A stretch of 64,000 bases of DNA, taken from positions 1,617 to 65,616 of the forward strand of contig CBDVAM010000002.1 of the NCBI GenBank assembly GCA_965371965.1, in the 5' to 3' direction. How positions within the stretch are numbered: the stretch's first letter is position 1; every line of letters begins with the position of its first letter. A program made the translations under genes and the position numbers. Source of the stretch: an uncultured Phycisphaerales bacterium (GTDB lineage Bacteria; Planctomycetota; Phycisphaerae; Phycisphaerales; UBA1924). Shown here piece by piece: positions 44,470 through 54,166 of the stretch. The notes beneath the pieces were generated by a model that saw only the letters and a list, made by a program, of their open reading frames with translations, searched no databases and was not told where the DNA came from.

Positions 44470-45603
44470 CTAACGAATCAAAGAGATGATCGAAGCCACG
44501 CTCGCCTTCGCCCGCTCGCCTTCGATCCCCGTCAGCGCATTCGCCTGCACGTCCGCGTGGTAGCTGGACCGCACCAGCGGCCCGGATTCGACGACCTTGA
44601 ACCCTCGATTCAACCCCTCCTCGCGGTACATCTCGAAGGTGTCGGGGTGGACCCAGCGGTGGATGGGCAGGTGGTTGCGGGTGGGCTGGAGGTATTGGCC
44701 GATGGTGAGAATGTCGCAGGCGTCTGGGGTCGGGGTGAGGGTCTGGGGTCTGGGGTCTGGGGTCTGGGGTTGGGAGGGGGAGCGCTTCGTTGCCTCGATC
44801 ACCTCGTCTAACAATCTCAACACCTCGGAATCCTTTTCGCCGATGCCGACCATGATGCCGGTCTTGGCGACGCAGCCCTGCTCCTTGACCCGGCGGAGCA
44901 GTTCCAGGCTTCGGTCGAACTTGGCGCTGGGACGCACGGCGGGGTACATCCGGCGGACGGTCTCGAGGTTGTGATTGATAATGTGCGGCTGGGCGTCGAT
45001 CACCATCTGCAAGGCACCCCAATCGCCCTTGAAGTCGGGAATCAGGACTTCGATCGACATCTCCGGGCAGGCTTCGCGGGTGCGGATGATGGTCTCGGCC
45101 CAGATGCCGGCCCCGCCGTCGCTGAGGTCGTCGCGGTCGACACTGGTGATGACGACGTGCTTGAGGCCCATGAGGGCGAGGGTGCCGGCGACGCGCCGGG
45201 GCTCGTCGCGGTCGGGAGGCGCGGGCCTGCCGGTCTTGATGTTGCAGAACCCGCACGAGCGGGTGCAGGTGTCACCCAGGATCATGATGGTGGCGATGCC
45301 GCGAGCCCAGCACTCGCCCATGTTGGGGCAGCCCGCCTCTCGACAGACTGTGTGGAGCCCGTGGTCGGCGAGTCGATTGCGTAGTTTTTCGTATTCCGGG
45401 CCCCCAGGGAGCTTTGCCTTGAGCCACTTTGGCTTGCGCTTGAAAAGGGCGTGCTCGGGGCCGCGGTGGTTATTGAGGACCATGCCCGAGAGGCTGTGGA
45501 GGCTGCCCAGGTCTCTGCGGAGGGGATCGCCTCCCAGAGGGCGCGGATGGCGCACGTTAGGAGGATTTTTCAGGCTACTTGCTGGGCGGACGGGCGGGCT
45601 CAT
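44470..45603 (-). CDS. lipA: lipoyl synthase, with ~20-aa Pro/Thr/Asp/Gln-rich insertion
   Basis: Radical-SAM CTRSCGFC and auxiliary-cluster CREAGCPNMGEC motifs, plus ITSVDRDD, NHNLETV, TIGQYLQPT and RSSYHAD. The start is uncertain: ATG 45603 or 45483, and the ORF extends to 45888. Confidence 0.9.
   Translation of the reverse strand: MSPPVRPASSLKNPPNVRHPRPLGGDPLRRDLGSLHSLSGMVLNNHRGPEHALFKRKPKWLKAKLPGGPEYEKLRNRLADHGLHTVCREAGCPNMGECWARGIATIMILGDTCTRSCGFCNIKTGRPAPPDRDEPRRVAGTLALMGLKHVVITSVDRDDLSDGGAGIWAETIIRTREACPEMSIEVLIPDFKGDWGALQMVIDAQPHIINHNLETVRRMYPAVRPSAKFDRSLELLRRVKEQGCVAKTGIMVGIGEKDSEVLRLLDEVIEATKRSPSQPQTPDPRPQTLTPTPDACDILTIGQYLQPTRNHLPIHRWVHPDTFEMYREEGLNRGFKVVESGPLVRSSYHADVQANALTGIEGERAKASVASIISLIR
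44742..44769. repeat. heptanucleotide tandem repeat (TCTGGGG)x4 = (CCCCAGA)x4 on the coding strand, inside lipA
   Basis: Four perfect copies read directly at 44742-44769, with degenerate copies flanking (44722-44741 and 44770-44776). Encodes PQTPDPRPQT. Confidence 0.9.
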
Positions 45604-45902
45604 GGCAGACTGTAGTCGGTTGGACGGAGCGTCTAAGTTCTCTGAGATGGAATCGCCGCTGTTCATTGGCGTGCGATCCTGCCGATTGAGTCCGAGAAGG
45701 TTCTGGGCGCGAACCCGCGTGGGTTTCGGCTCGTCTGATGGTCTCGATTGACTGTCGCGATGGACGCGATAGGTTTGGTCTGACGGACCGATATTTGGTG
45801 CGTTCGCGGGTTGGGATGGATGGGGGCGGGGTGAGAGCCGAAGACCGTTTTCGGGCGTGTATCGTGCGGCGAGCAGCCCCATGAGCAAAAGAGGAGCTCG
45901 GC

Positions 45903-47423
45903 ATGAGAGCCGATCGGCATAGATTTGCGATTCGTCTGGCCTGCGGTGCGGCTCTCTCGGCGAGTGCGCTGATGATGGGCGGCTGCAACTGGGACTCGTA
46001 TCTCAATCCCAGCACGGTCGGGCGTTGGGAGATGACGCCGACGACGGTGCCGATTCTGACCAGCCTGGCGGTGATCGAGGACCAGCCCACGACGCAGGTC
46101 GAGTACACGGATGTGACGCCGGATGATCTGATCCCCGAGATCCGGGAGTATCGGATCAGTACCGGTGAACAGCTCGAGGTCACGATCTTTGGCCTCTTCG
46201 TTCCCGGCAACCCCGAGAGGTTCCTCCGCATCATCGATGCGCGAGGGTTCGTGGATCTGCCGCAGATCGGGCCGGTCTATGTGGTGGGGCTGACGCGTGA
46301 CGAGTCGGAGACTGCGATCCAGCAGGCGGCCCAGCCGATCGTGGCGGATGCGGTGGTGTCGGTGGTGTTGCTGTCGCGGCGCCAGGAGACCTACAGCCTG
46401 ATCGGTTCGGTGTCCGGACCGGGGTCGTTTGTGATCCCCGAGCCTGATTTTCGCCTGCTCGAGGCCCTGAGCCTGAGCGGTGCGTTCAACGAGGACGCGC
46501 AGTGGCTCTTCGTCATTCGCCAGGTGCCCCTGACGGGTGCGGCGGCGGGCGAGACCCAGCCGCCCACGCCACCGGGTGAGCGGACGCTGCCGGGGGCGGA
46601 TCCGGCGGGCGAGGATGAGCAGGTGCCGGGCGAGGCCGGCGAAGATCTGCTGAAGATCATTGACGACCTTTCGAATCCTCCAGGCGGCGGTGGAGGGTCT
46701 CCGGGAGCGTTTGCGAGCACGGAAGATGCGGGCGGGAGACGGTCGGGCTTCCAGCCGGGGCGGGAGCCTGCGGTGGCGCTAGTTGATGACAATCGCCAGG
46801 AGGCGGAGCGCGTCCAGCCTACGCGTCCGGCGTCGGAGCGTGGCGCGACCTGGATGTACCTGGATGGCAAGTGGGTGATGGTTCGGCGGGATGGCGTCGA
46901 GAGTCAGGGCGGGGGCGAGGGCGAGGCGATCGTGACCCAGCGGGTCATCCGCGTGCCGGTCCAGCCGCTGATCGAGGGCGATGCGCGGTACAACATCGTG
47001 ATCCGCCCTGGCGACGTCGTGCGGGTGCCGAGGGCACCGTTCGGCAACGTGTTCTTGCGTGGCGAGGTCGCCAGGCCCGGGGTCTACAACCTCGCCAAGC
47101 AGTTCACGCTGACGCGGGCGATCGACTCTGCGGGAGGGCTGGGCGGGCTGGCGATCCCCGAGCGGGTCGATATTGTGCGGATGCTGCCCGGCGATCGCCA
47201 GGCGTGGGTTCGGGTGAACCTGCGAGCGATCGAGGAGGGCACCCAGCCGGATATCTACCTGAAGGCGAACGACCGCGTGATCGTGGGGACGAGCTTCTGG
47301 GCGTTGCCGCTGGCGGTCCTGCGGGGTGGATTCCGGACGAGCTACGGGTTTGGGTTTCTTTTGGACCGGAACTTCGGTAACGACGTGTTCGGGGCGCCGC
47401 CGTCGAACAATAGGAACTTCTAG
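45903..47423 (+). CDS. polysaccharide export outer-membrane lipoprotein (Wza/EpsE-like: Poly_export + SLBB)
   Basis: Lipobox MMGGC. YRISTGEQLEVTIFG...IDARGFVDLPQIGPVYVVGLTRDESETAI. SLBB-like IRPGDVVRVP...VFLRGEVARPGVYNL. AGAGGAG SD. Confidence 0.8.
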   Translation: MRADRHRFAIRLACGAALSASALMMGGCNWDSYLNPSTVGRWEMTPTTVPILTSLAVIEDQPTTQVEYTDVTPDDLIPEIREYRISTGEQLEVTIFGLFVPGNPERFLRIIDARGFVDLPQIGPVYVVGLTRDESETAIQQAAQPIVADAVVSVVLLSRRQETYSLIGSVSGPGSFVIPEPDFRLLEALSLSGAFNEDAQWLFVIRQVPLTGAAAGETQPPTPPGERTLPGADPAGEDEQVPGEAGEDLLKIIDDLSNPPGGGGGSPGAFASTEDAGGRRSGFQPGREPAVALVDDNRQEAERVQPTRPASERGATWMYLDGKWVMVRRDGVESQGGGEGEAIVTQRVIRVPVQPLIEGDARYNIVIRPGDVVRVPRAPFGNVFLRGEVARPGVYNLAKQFTLTRAIDSAGGLGGLAIPERVDIVRMLPGDRQAWVRVNLRAIEEGTQPDIYLKANDRVIVGTSFWALPLAVLRGGFRTSYGFGFLLDRNFGNDVFGAPPSNNRNF

Positions 47424-47766
47424 GCCTGGGCGCTGGGCGGCGTGTGGCTTGCCATTCTGGCTGTGACGGGGTGATTGCGCGCTGCATCCACCTAACATGG
47501 GGCGGTGGGAGTGTGGATCGGCATGGGCGTTGGCCTCTGTCCCGACAGTGAACCTGTGGAACTCGCTTGAAGTCGGGACTTGTGAGGCCCGACAGAGGGT
47601 GCGAAGGGCGAACCTGCGCCCGGGCGGGCGACGTAGGAGTCGTTCCAGGTCTGAGGGCGATTCAGTTCGCCAGGCGGGGCGGCATTTTCAGGGGAGTTCG
47701 TTGACCAGGGTCCAGACACCAGCACAGGCGACCGAGGCGCGCGTTTCGAGCGTGGAGCGGTCGGTG

Positions 47767-48642
47767 ATGGGCCTGTTCACGCCGGGCGGGGCGATGATGG
47801 GCGGCGTCATCGCGTTGGCGCTGGTGGCGCTGTTCTATCGTTGGATCGCTCAACAGAACGCGTTCAGCTCGACCAAGATCGAGGACTGGGGGCACGCGTA
47901 TGTGATCCCGTTCATCAGCGGCTACATGGTGTGGCTTCGCAAGGATGAGCTTGCGAGGATTTGCCCGGCGGTGTTCTGGCCCGGGTTGATTCCGATCTTC
48001 CTCGGGCTTGTCTGCTACGCGTTCTTCACGCTGCTGCTGCCGAATCACATGCTCGGGGGCGCAGCGTTCGTGCTGACGGTCTTCGGCGTGGCGCTGACGC
48101 TGTTGGGTACGGCGACGATGCGGATCTTGTTCCTGCCGATCGCGTATCTGGTCTTTGCGATCACGCTGTCTGAGCAGATCATGAACGATCTGACATTCCG
48201 GCTGCAGCTGATCGCGTCGGAGGGCGCGTACGTCATCTTGAGCCTGGGCAGCGCGGTGTTTCCCTACGGGGTCAACATCCAGGGAAATCAACTGGAGATC
48301 CTGTTCGCGGGCGAGAGCCGGATGATGAACGTCGCCGAGGCGTGCAGCGGCATGCGGATGGTGGTGGCGTTTGTGGCTCTCGCGGGCGCGGTGGCGTTGC
48401 TGGGGGCTCGGGAGTGGTGGCAGCGGCTTGCGCTCTTGCTGCTTGCGGTGCCCATCGCGGTCTTCATGAATATTGTGCGCGTGGGGGTGCTGGGCTTCGT
48501 GACCCTGTATGACCCGGACATGGCGACGGGCGACTCGCACACGCTGATCGGCACGCTGCTCTTGCTGCCGGCGCTGGGGCTGTACATGCTCATTGCGTGG
48601 GTGCTCAATCGGATCATCGCGACCGACGGGGCCAAGGCATGA
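47767..48642 (+). CDS. exosortase (EpsH/Xrt family)
   Basis: Multi-TM protein. Conserved NVAEACSGMRM (catalytic Cys region), PIAVFMNIVRVGVL (Arg) and HTLIGTLL. Start taken at ATG 47767; TTG 47701 is possible. Confidence 0.8.
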   Translation: MGLFTPGGAMMGGVIALALVALFYRWIAQQNAFSSTKIEDWGHAYVIPFISGYMVWLRKDELARICPAVFWPGLIPIFLGLVCYAFFTLLLPNHMLGGAAFVLTVFGVALTLLGTATMRILFLPIAYLVFAITLSEQIMNDLTFRLQLIASEGAYVILSLGSAVFPYGVNIQGNQLEILFAGESRMMNVAEACSGMRMVVAFVALAGAVALLGAREWWQRLALLLLAVPIAVFMNIVRVGVLGFVTLYDPDMATGDSHTLIGTLLLLPALGLYMLIAWVLNRIIATDGAKA

Positions 48643-49514
48643 TCGGGCGTACCAGACACACCATCGCGTACGGCGTCGTGCTCGGCCTGCTTGTGAGTTC
48701 GGCGTTGGCGCTGACGGTGGGAATCGGTGCGGCGCGGGTGTACCTGAAGAAGGAGCGTGTCGAGGCGCCCCGGGTGCTGCCACTGATCTTCCCGGAGACC
48801 GAGTCGTTTATCCAGGTTGGCCAGGACCAGATCATCACGCCGGAGGTCGAGGAGGTCCTTGGCACGGACAACCATGTGACTCGCTCGTTCAGGCATAAGG
48901 ACAGCACGAATCCGTCGTACTTCACGTTCCACGCGGCATACTACACGGGGATGATCGACACGGTGCCGCACGTTCCTGATCGCTGTTTCATCGGCGCGGG
49001 GATGCAGAAGGCGTCGAACTCGGTGATCGTGCCGATTGTGCTCGACACGGACTTGCGATCGCGGCTGAGGCTGGAGGAGAACGGCATCCCGCGGGCAACG
49101 CCAGAGGAATATCGCCCGATCGAGAACGAGGACGGCAGCCGCGACATTTACTGGTACCGGGCGTCGAACACCTACTCTGCGCGCAAGGGTGCGTTCGTCC
49201 GTGTTCCGTTCGATCCTCGGACACTGCGGATGCAGGTCTCGGAGTTTCTCAACGCGGATGGGACGCTGTTCTCGGGGTATTTCTTCCTTGCCAACGGTGG
49301 GATCACACCGACCGCCGAGGGCGTCCGCCAGTTGGCGTTCAAGCTCAAGGACAAGCACGCATACTACCTCAAGGTGCAGTTCACCAGCTCGCAGGTGGGC
49401 AGTGCGGAGGAGTTGGCGTTATTGGCGGGTGAGTATCTCGATGAGGCGCTGGGCGAGTTGCTGTTGTGCGCACCGGACTGGGTCGAGATTCAGATGGACG
49501 AGGATGGTCTATGA
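48639..49514 (+). CDS. EpsI-family exosortase-associated protein
   Basis: ATGA overlap with the exosortase gene. N-terminal TM helix. FTFHAAYYTG...VPHVPDRCFIGAGM matches the EpsI 'Y..Q....HSPE.CLPG.GW' region. Confidence 0.7.
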   Translation: MIGRTRHTIAYGVVLGLLVSSALALTVGIGAARVYLKKERVEAPRVLPLIFPETESFIQVGQDQIITPEVEEVLGTDNHVTRSFRHKDSTNPSYFTFHAAYYTGMIDTVPHVPDRCFIGAGMQKASNSVIVPIVLDTDLRSRLRLEENGIPRATPEEYRPIENEDGSRDIYWYRASNTYSARKGAFVRVPFDPRTLRMQVSEFLNADGTLFSGYFFLANGGITPTAEGVRQLAFKLKDKHAYYLKVQFTSSQVGSAEELALLAGEYLDEALGELLLCAPDWVEIQMDEDGL

Positions 49515-49547
49515 GCCGGGCGAGGGTCTCGGAATGATGAGGTAGGC

Positions 49548-52500
49548 ATGGGCTCGAAGGTAAATATCAAGTTCGTCGCGATCCTCAGCGCGGTGGTCGT
49601 GGGTGTGGTCGGGTTGCTCGCGGTGCCGGCGTACTTGGTGTTGACCAAGTCCGCCAAGGACCATGTGCGCGCCGGTGACAAGGCGATCGAGAGCGGCGAT
49701 ATCAAGAAGGCCATCTCCGAGTATGGCAAGGCGGTGAGCGACGAGCGATCGAACGTCGGGTATGTCACGAAGTGGCGCAACGCGATCGAGAGCTTCACGC
49801 CCGAGGATCAGACCGAGTACCGCAAGTACTTCTTCCAGCTGTACGGAGCGATCTACGAGATTGCGTTCGCGGCGCGGACGGATCTGGAGGCCTGGGAAGA
49901 GTATTTCGAGCTCGCGAGCACCCTGGATACTGCGGCGCGGATCGAGGAACGAGCGAGGGCGGCGGCGGATGTGATGGGGCGGACCGACCCCCGGTCCGCC
50001 GCGATCATCCGGCGATATGTCGCCCTGCCCAAGGTCGCAGCATGGGCGAGAGGCAGTCGCCAGATGGAGCCCGATGAGATAGACCTCATGGCGAGCAACC
50101 TGCGATCGGCTCTGGAGTCTCGCAGCGATGACCACGAGGTTGTGCGCGGCCTGGTCACGTTGCACAGAGTGCTCGCGGCTCAGGCACTCGACAGCTTTGA
50201 CGAGGACGCCGCTCGCACGCACGCCCGATCTGCGGCGGGCGTGGTCGAGGCGGCGCTGGGCAAGCACCCGAATCACCCGGTGCTGCGGATGATCGATCTT
50301 GAGATGAAGTCGAACGCGGCGATGCGTCGGCTTCTGGATATCGAGATTCCTGAGGGCACGCATCCGGTCGGTTCGGCAGCCGTCGACGAGGTGGCTTCGT
50401 TGCTTTCTGAATGGCCCGCCGAGCAGATCACGCTGGACAGTGTGCTAATGCTGCGGGCGCTGGAGATTCTGTCTGGATCCGGGAAGATTGCCCACACGCT
50501 GGCATTGACCGAGCGGTTGGTCGGCGAGGCGCCGGAAGACATGATGGTGCGGTGGGGGCGGGCGTACGCGCTTCGAATGGGCGGGAGGCCCGACGACGCG
50601 TATGACGAACTCCAGCACCTGCTGGACAGGCCGATCCAGACGGTGTCGTGGGACGGGTACCGGCTCTTCAGTCTCAAGAATCAGGCGCTGGCTACCCAGT
50701 CGAGCCTGGCGTACAGCCAATGGGAGCAGAGCGCGGGCGACGAGGCGGCTCAGGGGGTCGCGGTCGCGCGCCTTCGGTCGCGGATCGAAGAGATGACCCG
50801 CCGGCTGCCGACGGATTCTCCGATGTTGCTGATCGCCCGAGCGCGGATCGCGTATGCGGATGGTGAGCTCGGAGAGGCGAGTCGGCTGCTTCGCGAGTAC
50901 GAGGGTCGTATCGGGGTGGCGGACGCGGACGCGAACTGGATGCTGACCCAGCTCGCGTTGCGGGCGGGCAACCTTACCGAGGCGGCCAGGCGCATGGACG
51001 CGTATCAGGAGCAGAGTCCGGGCGAGCTTCGCGCTCTGCTGATTCGCGCGGATATCCATGTTCGCCTCAACGAGTTCGAGGAGGCAATCGAGATATTGAC
51101 CGCACTCGCGAGGGCGCTGCCGGATAACCAGCAGATCAAGGTCATCATCAATGGGATCAGGGAGCAGAGCGGCGAGATCGTGTCCAGTGATCCGGTATTG
51201 GCGGCAATCAACGCGTCGATGAGTGCAGAACAGGGCACCGGCGACGAGCCCGGAGATTCCGAGGCCGCGGCGGCGATCATCGAGGGCGCGATTAGCGAGG
51301 GGCTGACTTCCCCACAGCTGTACCGGCGGCTTGCCCAGATTCGGATGAATCAAGGAGATGTCCCTGGCGCCCGGGACGCGATCGAGCGGGGGCTCTCGGC
51401 CAACGCCGGCGACGCGGATCTTCGCAGGTTTGCTGACGCGCTCGTCTCGGGCGAGACGATCTTGGAAATCTCGATTTGGTTTATCGATACGGGCGACGGG
51501 ACCGAAGTTGAGAAGCTGACTCGCAAGGCCGCGGTGTGCTGGCAGGCCCAGGCGTTTGAGCGAGCACAGGGGTTTGTTGATCAGGCCGGCGAGATCGAGC
51601 CGGAGAATCCGGCGGTTGTGGAGTGGGACTTCCGGTTGGCGGTCAGACGCGGGGATGCGGTGCGGGCGGGCGAACTCGCGCAAACCGCTCAACGGTTGGA
51701 TATCGACGGTGTGGGCGGGCGGACGTTTCTGGCGGACGTTTTGGAGATGAGCGACGATCGGACCGGGGCGATTGCGCTGCTGAAGGAGGCGGTCGATCTG
51801 CGCCCCGAGCGGGTCATTCTGCTCCGACGGCTCGGACAGCAGCAGCTGGCGGCCGGCCAGATTACCGAGGGGCTCTCGACCTTCGACGACGCGATTCGGC
51901 TTCGCGGCAACGATCAATCCCTGATCCTCGACTATGCGACCCAGCTTCGTAGCATCGGGCGATCCGAGCAAGCCCTGCGCCTTATCCTGGACAAGCAGGA
52001 CGCGGCGCGCGGCAACGGCGCAATCTTCGACCTCAGGATCGATCTCGAGGCGGAGGTTGGGAATCGCCAATGGGCGCTCGAAACGAGACAGACGCTCGCC
52101 CAGCGCGATCCAACGGATAGCGCGAACATGACGAAGCTGGCTCGTCTGTACATGGACCTCTCGGCGTGGGACGAGGCCAAGCCGCTCCTGGACGCGTTGC
52201 GTGCGGAGGGAGATTCATTGGAGCTCGCGACGCTCGCGGCGCAATGGCACGGCGACCAGGGTGACATCGACAGCGCTCATCAGGAGTTTAGCCAGTACAT
52301 CGCGGCGCTGTTCGCGAGTGAGGGTGACTTGAGTGACCCGACGCCGTATCTGCAACTCGGGCATTTGCTCATCCGGTACGGGGATATTGAAGGTGGCCTG
52401 CTGGCGATGGGCCAGGCCCGGAGGTGGGAGGATCCACAGACTCTCCGGGTGGAGAAGTTCCTGGCAGATCGGCTTGCGGGGCTGAACCGGTGGGATGATG

Positions 52501-54098
52501 CGATCGAGTCCTTCCGGAAGATCGTGGACGCGGGGATGGACACCTCCGACGCCACCTACGCGCTTCGGCTTGCCGAGGGTCTCAGTCGGATGGGACGCCC
52601 ACAGGAGGCCGCGGAGGTTCTTGCATCGCTGGACCACCTGGCCGATCGCAACGTGACGATCCTGCTCTTGGGTTCGCAAAATGCGATGACGATGGGCGAG
52701 GACGAGAGGGCTCGGGAGTTGGTCGAGCGCGCGATCGAGCTCTTCCCGGACTCCGCGCGGGCGTATCTCCAACGGGCGCGCCTGGCGCGCGTCCAGGCGC
52801 TCGAAACGGGCATCCAGCGATTGCTGCTGGACGCTCGCGAGGATCTGAACACGGCGACGGCCCTGGATCCGACGTTTGTTGAAGCGTTCCGTCTGCGTTC
52901 GCAGGTGAACGGGAATCTGGGCGAGTTAGACGCGATGCTCAGTGACCTGCGGTTGTCGGTCTTCGCCCGCCCGCCGACCAACGCAACGGTGGCGCAGGTC
53001 ATCGGGGTATTTATTCGCGCCGATCGAAGCGGGGGCGCCGTCGAGGTTGCTGACTACGCGATCTCCACCAGGCCAAATGACATAGGCCTGAAGCGGGATA
53101 TTGGCGGTGCATTTGGACGCGGCGGGGACTGGGGGCGAGCGTCCATCTACTACGAGCAGGCCTGGGAGCGCACGAAGGACGTCGTGACCTCGTCGCAGTA
53201 TGTGCAGAGCCTGCTCTTGACCGATCCGCCGCGACATCGTGTGGCGCTCAACGTACTGAGCGGCCTGGGCGAGGAGGTCCGAGACATTCCCGGGCTGCTG
53301 ATCTGGCGGGCCGAGGCCTTGAAACTGGGCGGGCAGAATGACCTCGCGATCGAGGACGTTCGCAGGGCGTTCACGCTGCTGGTCGATAATCCGCAGGGCA
53401 TGGAGCTCTGGTTTAGGGAGATCAGTCGGATCTTTGAGAGCACGAGCGATCTCATGGCGGTGATCGATGCGGCCAAACGCGGCGGTCAGCGCAGATTGCA
53501 GTTGGATCTATTCGCCGCGCGTGGGCTTGCGATGAACTCGCAGACGATCGCGCAGAGCCTGCAGGTATTCGATCGGCTCATCGTACAAACGGCGGATCCT
53601 GCCATGCAGCGGAGCGCGTACCTGTTCAAGGGTGCCGCGCTGATGGAGCACGAACGATTCGAGGAGGCGGTGAGTGTCTGGACCGAGGGCTTGTCGCACT
53701 GGGCGAACGAATGGCAGTTTCACAACAACATCGCCTATGTGCTTGGCGAGCGTCTGAAGAGACCTCAGGAAGCTCTGCCCTATGCGAGATCGGCGTTCGA
53801 GTTGGCTCCGAGGGTTCCGGCGGTGCTCGACACGCTGGGCTGGATACAGCATCTTGTCGGCGAGGATGCGGCGGCCGAGCAGTCGCTGGATCAGGCCATG
53901 CTGCTTATCGGATTGCCCGAGAACGACCCGACGATCGCGCTGCATCTGGCGATCGTGCGGGCTGCGATGGGCAAAAAAGAGCAGGCACAGAATCTGGTAC
54001 GGACGATTCGTGTCCGGAACCGGAATGGCGCGAACCTTAGTGTGACGGATCGAGAACTTCTGGCCGAGGCGAGCGAGCGGATCGACTCACTACCCTGA
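49548..54098 (+). CDS. giant (1516 aa) membrane-anchored TPR-repeat protein (PrsT-like position in an exosortase locus)
   Basis: N-terminal TM helix IKFVAILSAVVVGVVGLLAVPAYLVL. TPR-like A/L/R-rich helical repeats throughout. Confidence 0.75.
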   Translation: MGSKVNIKFVAILSAVVVGVVGLLAVPAYLVLTKSAKDHVRAGDKAIESGDIKKAISEYGKAVSDERSNVGYVTKWRNAIESFTPEDQTEYRKYFFQLYGAIYEIAFAARTDLEAWEEYFELASTLDTAARIEERARAAADVMGRTDPRSAAIIRRYVALPKVAAWARGSRQMEPDEIDLMASNLRSALESRSDDHEVVRGLVTLHRVLAAQALDSFDEDAARTHARSAAGVVEAALGKHPNHPVLRMIDLEMKSNAAMRRLLDIEIPEGTHPVGSAAVDEVASLLSEWPAEQITLDSVLMLRALEILSGSGKIAHTLALTERLVGEAPEDMMVRWGRAYALRMGGRPDDAYDELQHLLDRPIQTVSWDGYRLFSLKNQALATQSSLAYSQWEQSAGDEAAQGVAVARLRSRIEEMTRRLPTDSPMLLIARARIAYADGELGEASRLLREYEGRIGVADADANWMLTQLALRAGNLTEAARRMDAYQEQSPGELRALLIRADIHVRLNEFEEAIEILTALARALPDNQQIKVIINGIREQSGEIVSSDPVLAAINASMSAEQGTGDEPGDSEAAAAIIEGAISEGLTSPQLYRRLAQIRMNQGDVPGARDAIERGLSANAGDADLRRFADALVSGETILEISIWFIDTGDGTEVEKLTRKAAVCWQAQAFERAQGFVDQAGEIEPENPAVVEWDFRLAVRRGDAVRAGELAQTAQRLDIDGVGGRTFLADVLEMSDDRTGAIALLKEAVDLRPERVILLRRLGQQQLAAGQITEGLSTFDDAIRLRGNDQSLILDYATQLRSIGRSEQALRLILDKQDAARGNGAIFDLRIDLEAEVGNRQWALETRQTLAQRDPTDSANMTKLARLYMDLSAWDEAKPLLDALRAEGDSLELATLAAQWHGDQGDIDSAHQEFSQYIAALFASEGDLSDPTPYLQLGHLLIRYGDIEGGLLAMGQARRWEDPQTLRVEKFLADRLAGLNRWDDAIESFRKIVDAGMDTSDATYALRLAEGLSRMGRPQEAAEVLASLDHLADRNVTILLLGSQNAMTMGEDERARELVERAIELFPDSARAYLQRARLARVQALETGIQRLLLDAREDLNTATALDPTFVEAFRLRSQVNGNLGELDAMLSDLRLSVFARPPTNATVAQVIGVFIRADRSGGAVEVADYAISTRPNDIGLKRDIGGAFGRGGDWGRASIYYEQAWERTKDVVTSSQYVQSLLLTDPPRHRVALNVLSGLGEEVRDIPGLLIWRAEALKLGGQNDLAIEDVRRAFTLLVDNPQGMELWFREISRIFESTSDLMAVIDAAKRGGQRRLQLDLFAARGLAMNSQTIAQSLQVFDRLIVQTADPAMQRSAYLFKGAALMEHERFEEAVSVWTEGLSHWANEWQFHNNIAYVLGERLKRPQEALPYARSAFELAPRVPAVLDTLGWIQHLVGEDAAAEQSLDQAMLLIGLPENDPTIALHLAIVRAAMGKKEQAQNLVRTIRVRNRNGANLSVTDRELLAEASERIDSLP

Positions 54099-54166
54099 CG
54101 GATCGGGCCGATTATGGGCCTACGGAATCGAACCGGGTGAATGGACCCGTGAAAAGAGGATCAGAG

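Noticed and set aside
45640-45680. Sigma54-like TGGCGT GCGAT CCTGC in the lipA/wza divergent region
   Set aside because: The GC of the -12 element is displaced by one nucleotide relative to the strict GG-N10-GC spacing, and the -24 hexamer is imperfect.
47662-49358. Minus-strand ORFs 47662-48783 and 48288-49358
   Set aside because: They are antisense to the exosortase and EpsI genes, which show conserved catalytic motifs. These are shadow ORFs.
50445-52070. 541-aa minus-strand ORF (with similar ones at 52215-52772 and 53508-53945)
   Set aside because: All are antisense shadows of the 1516-aa TPR gene, with R/P/L-rich composition and no recognisable motifs.
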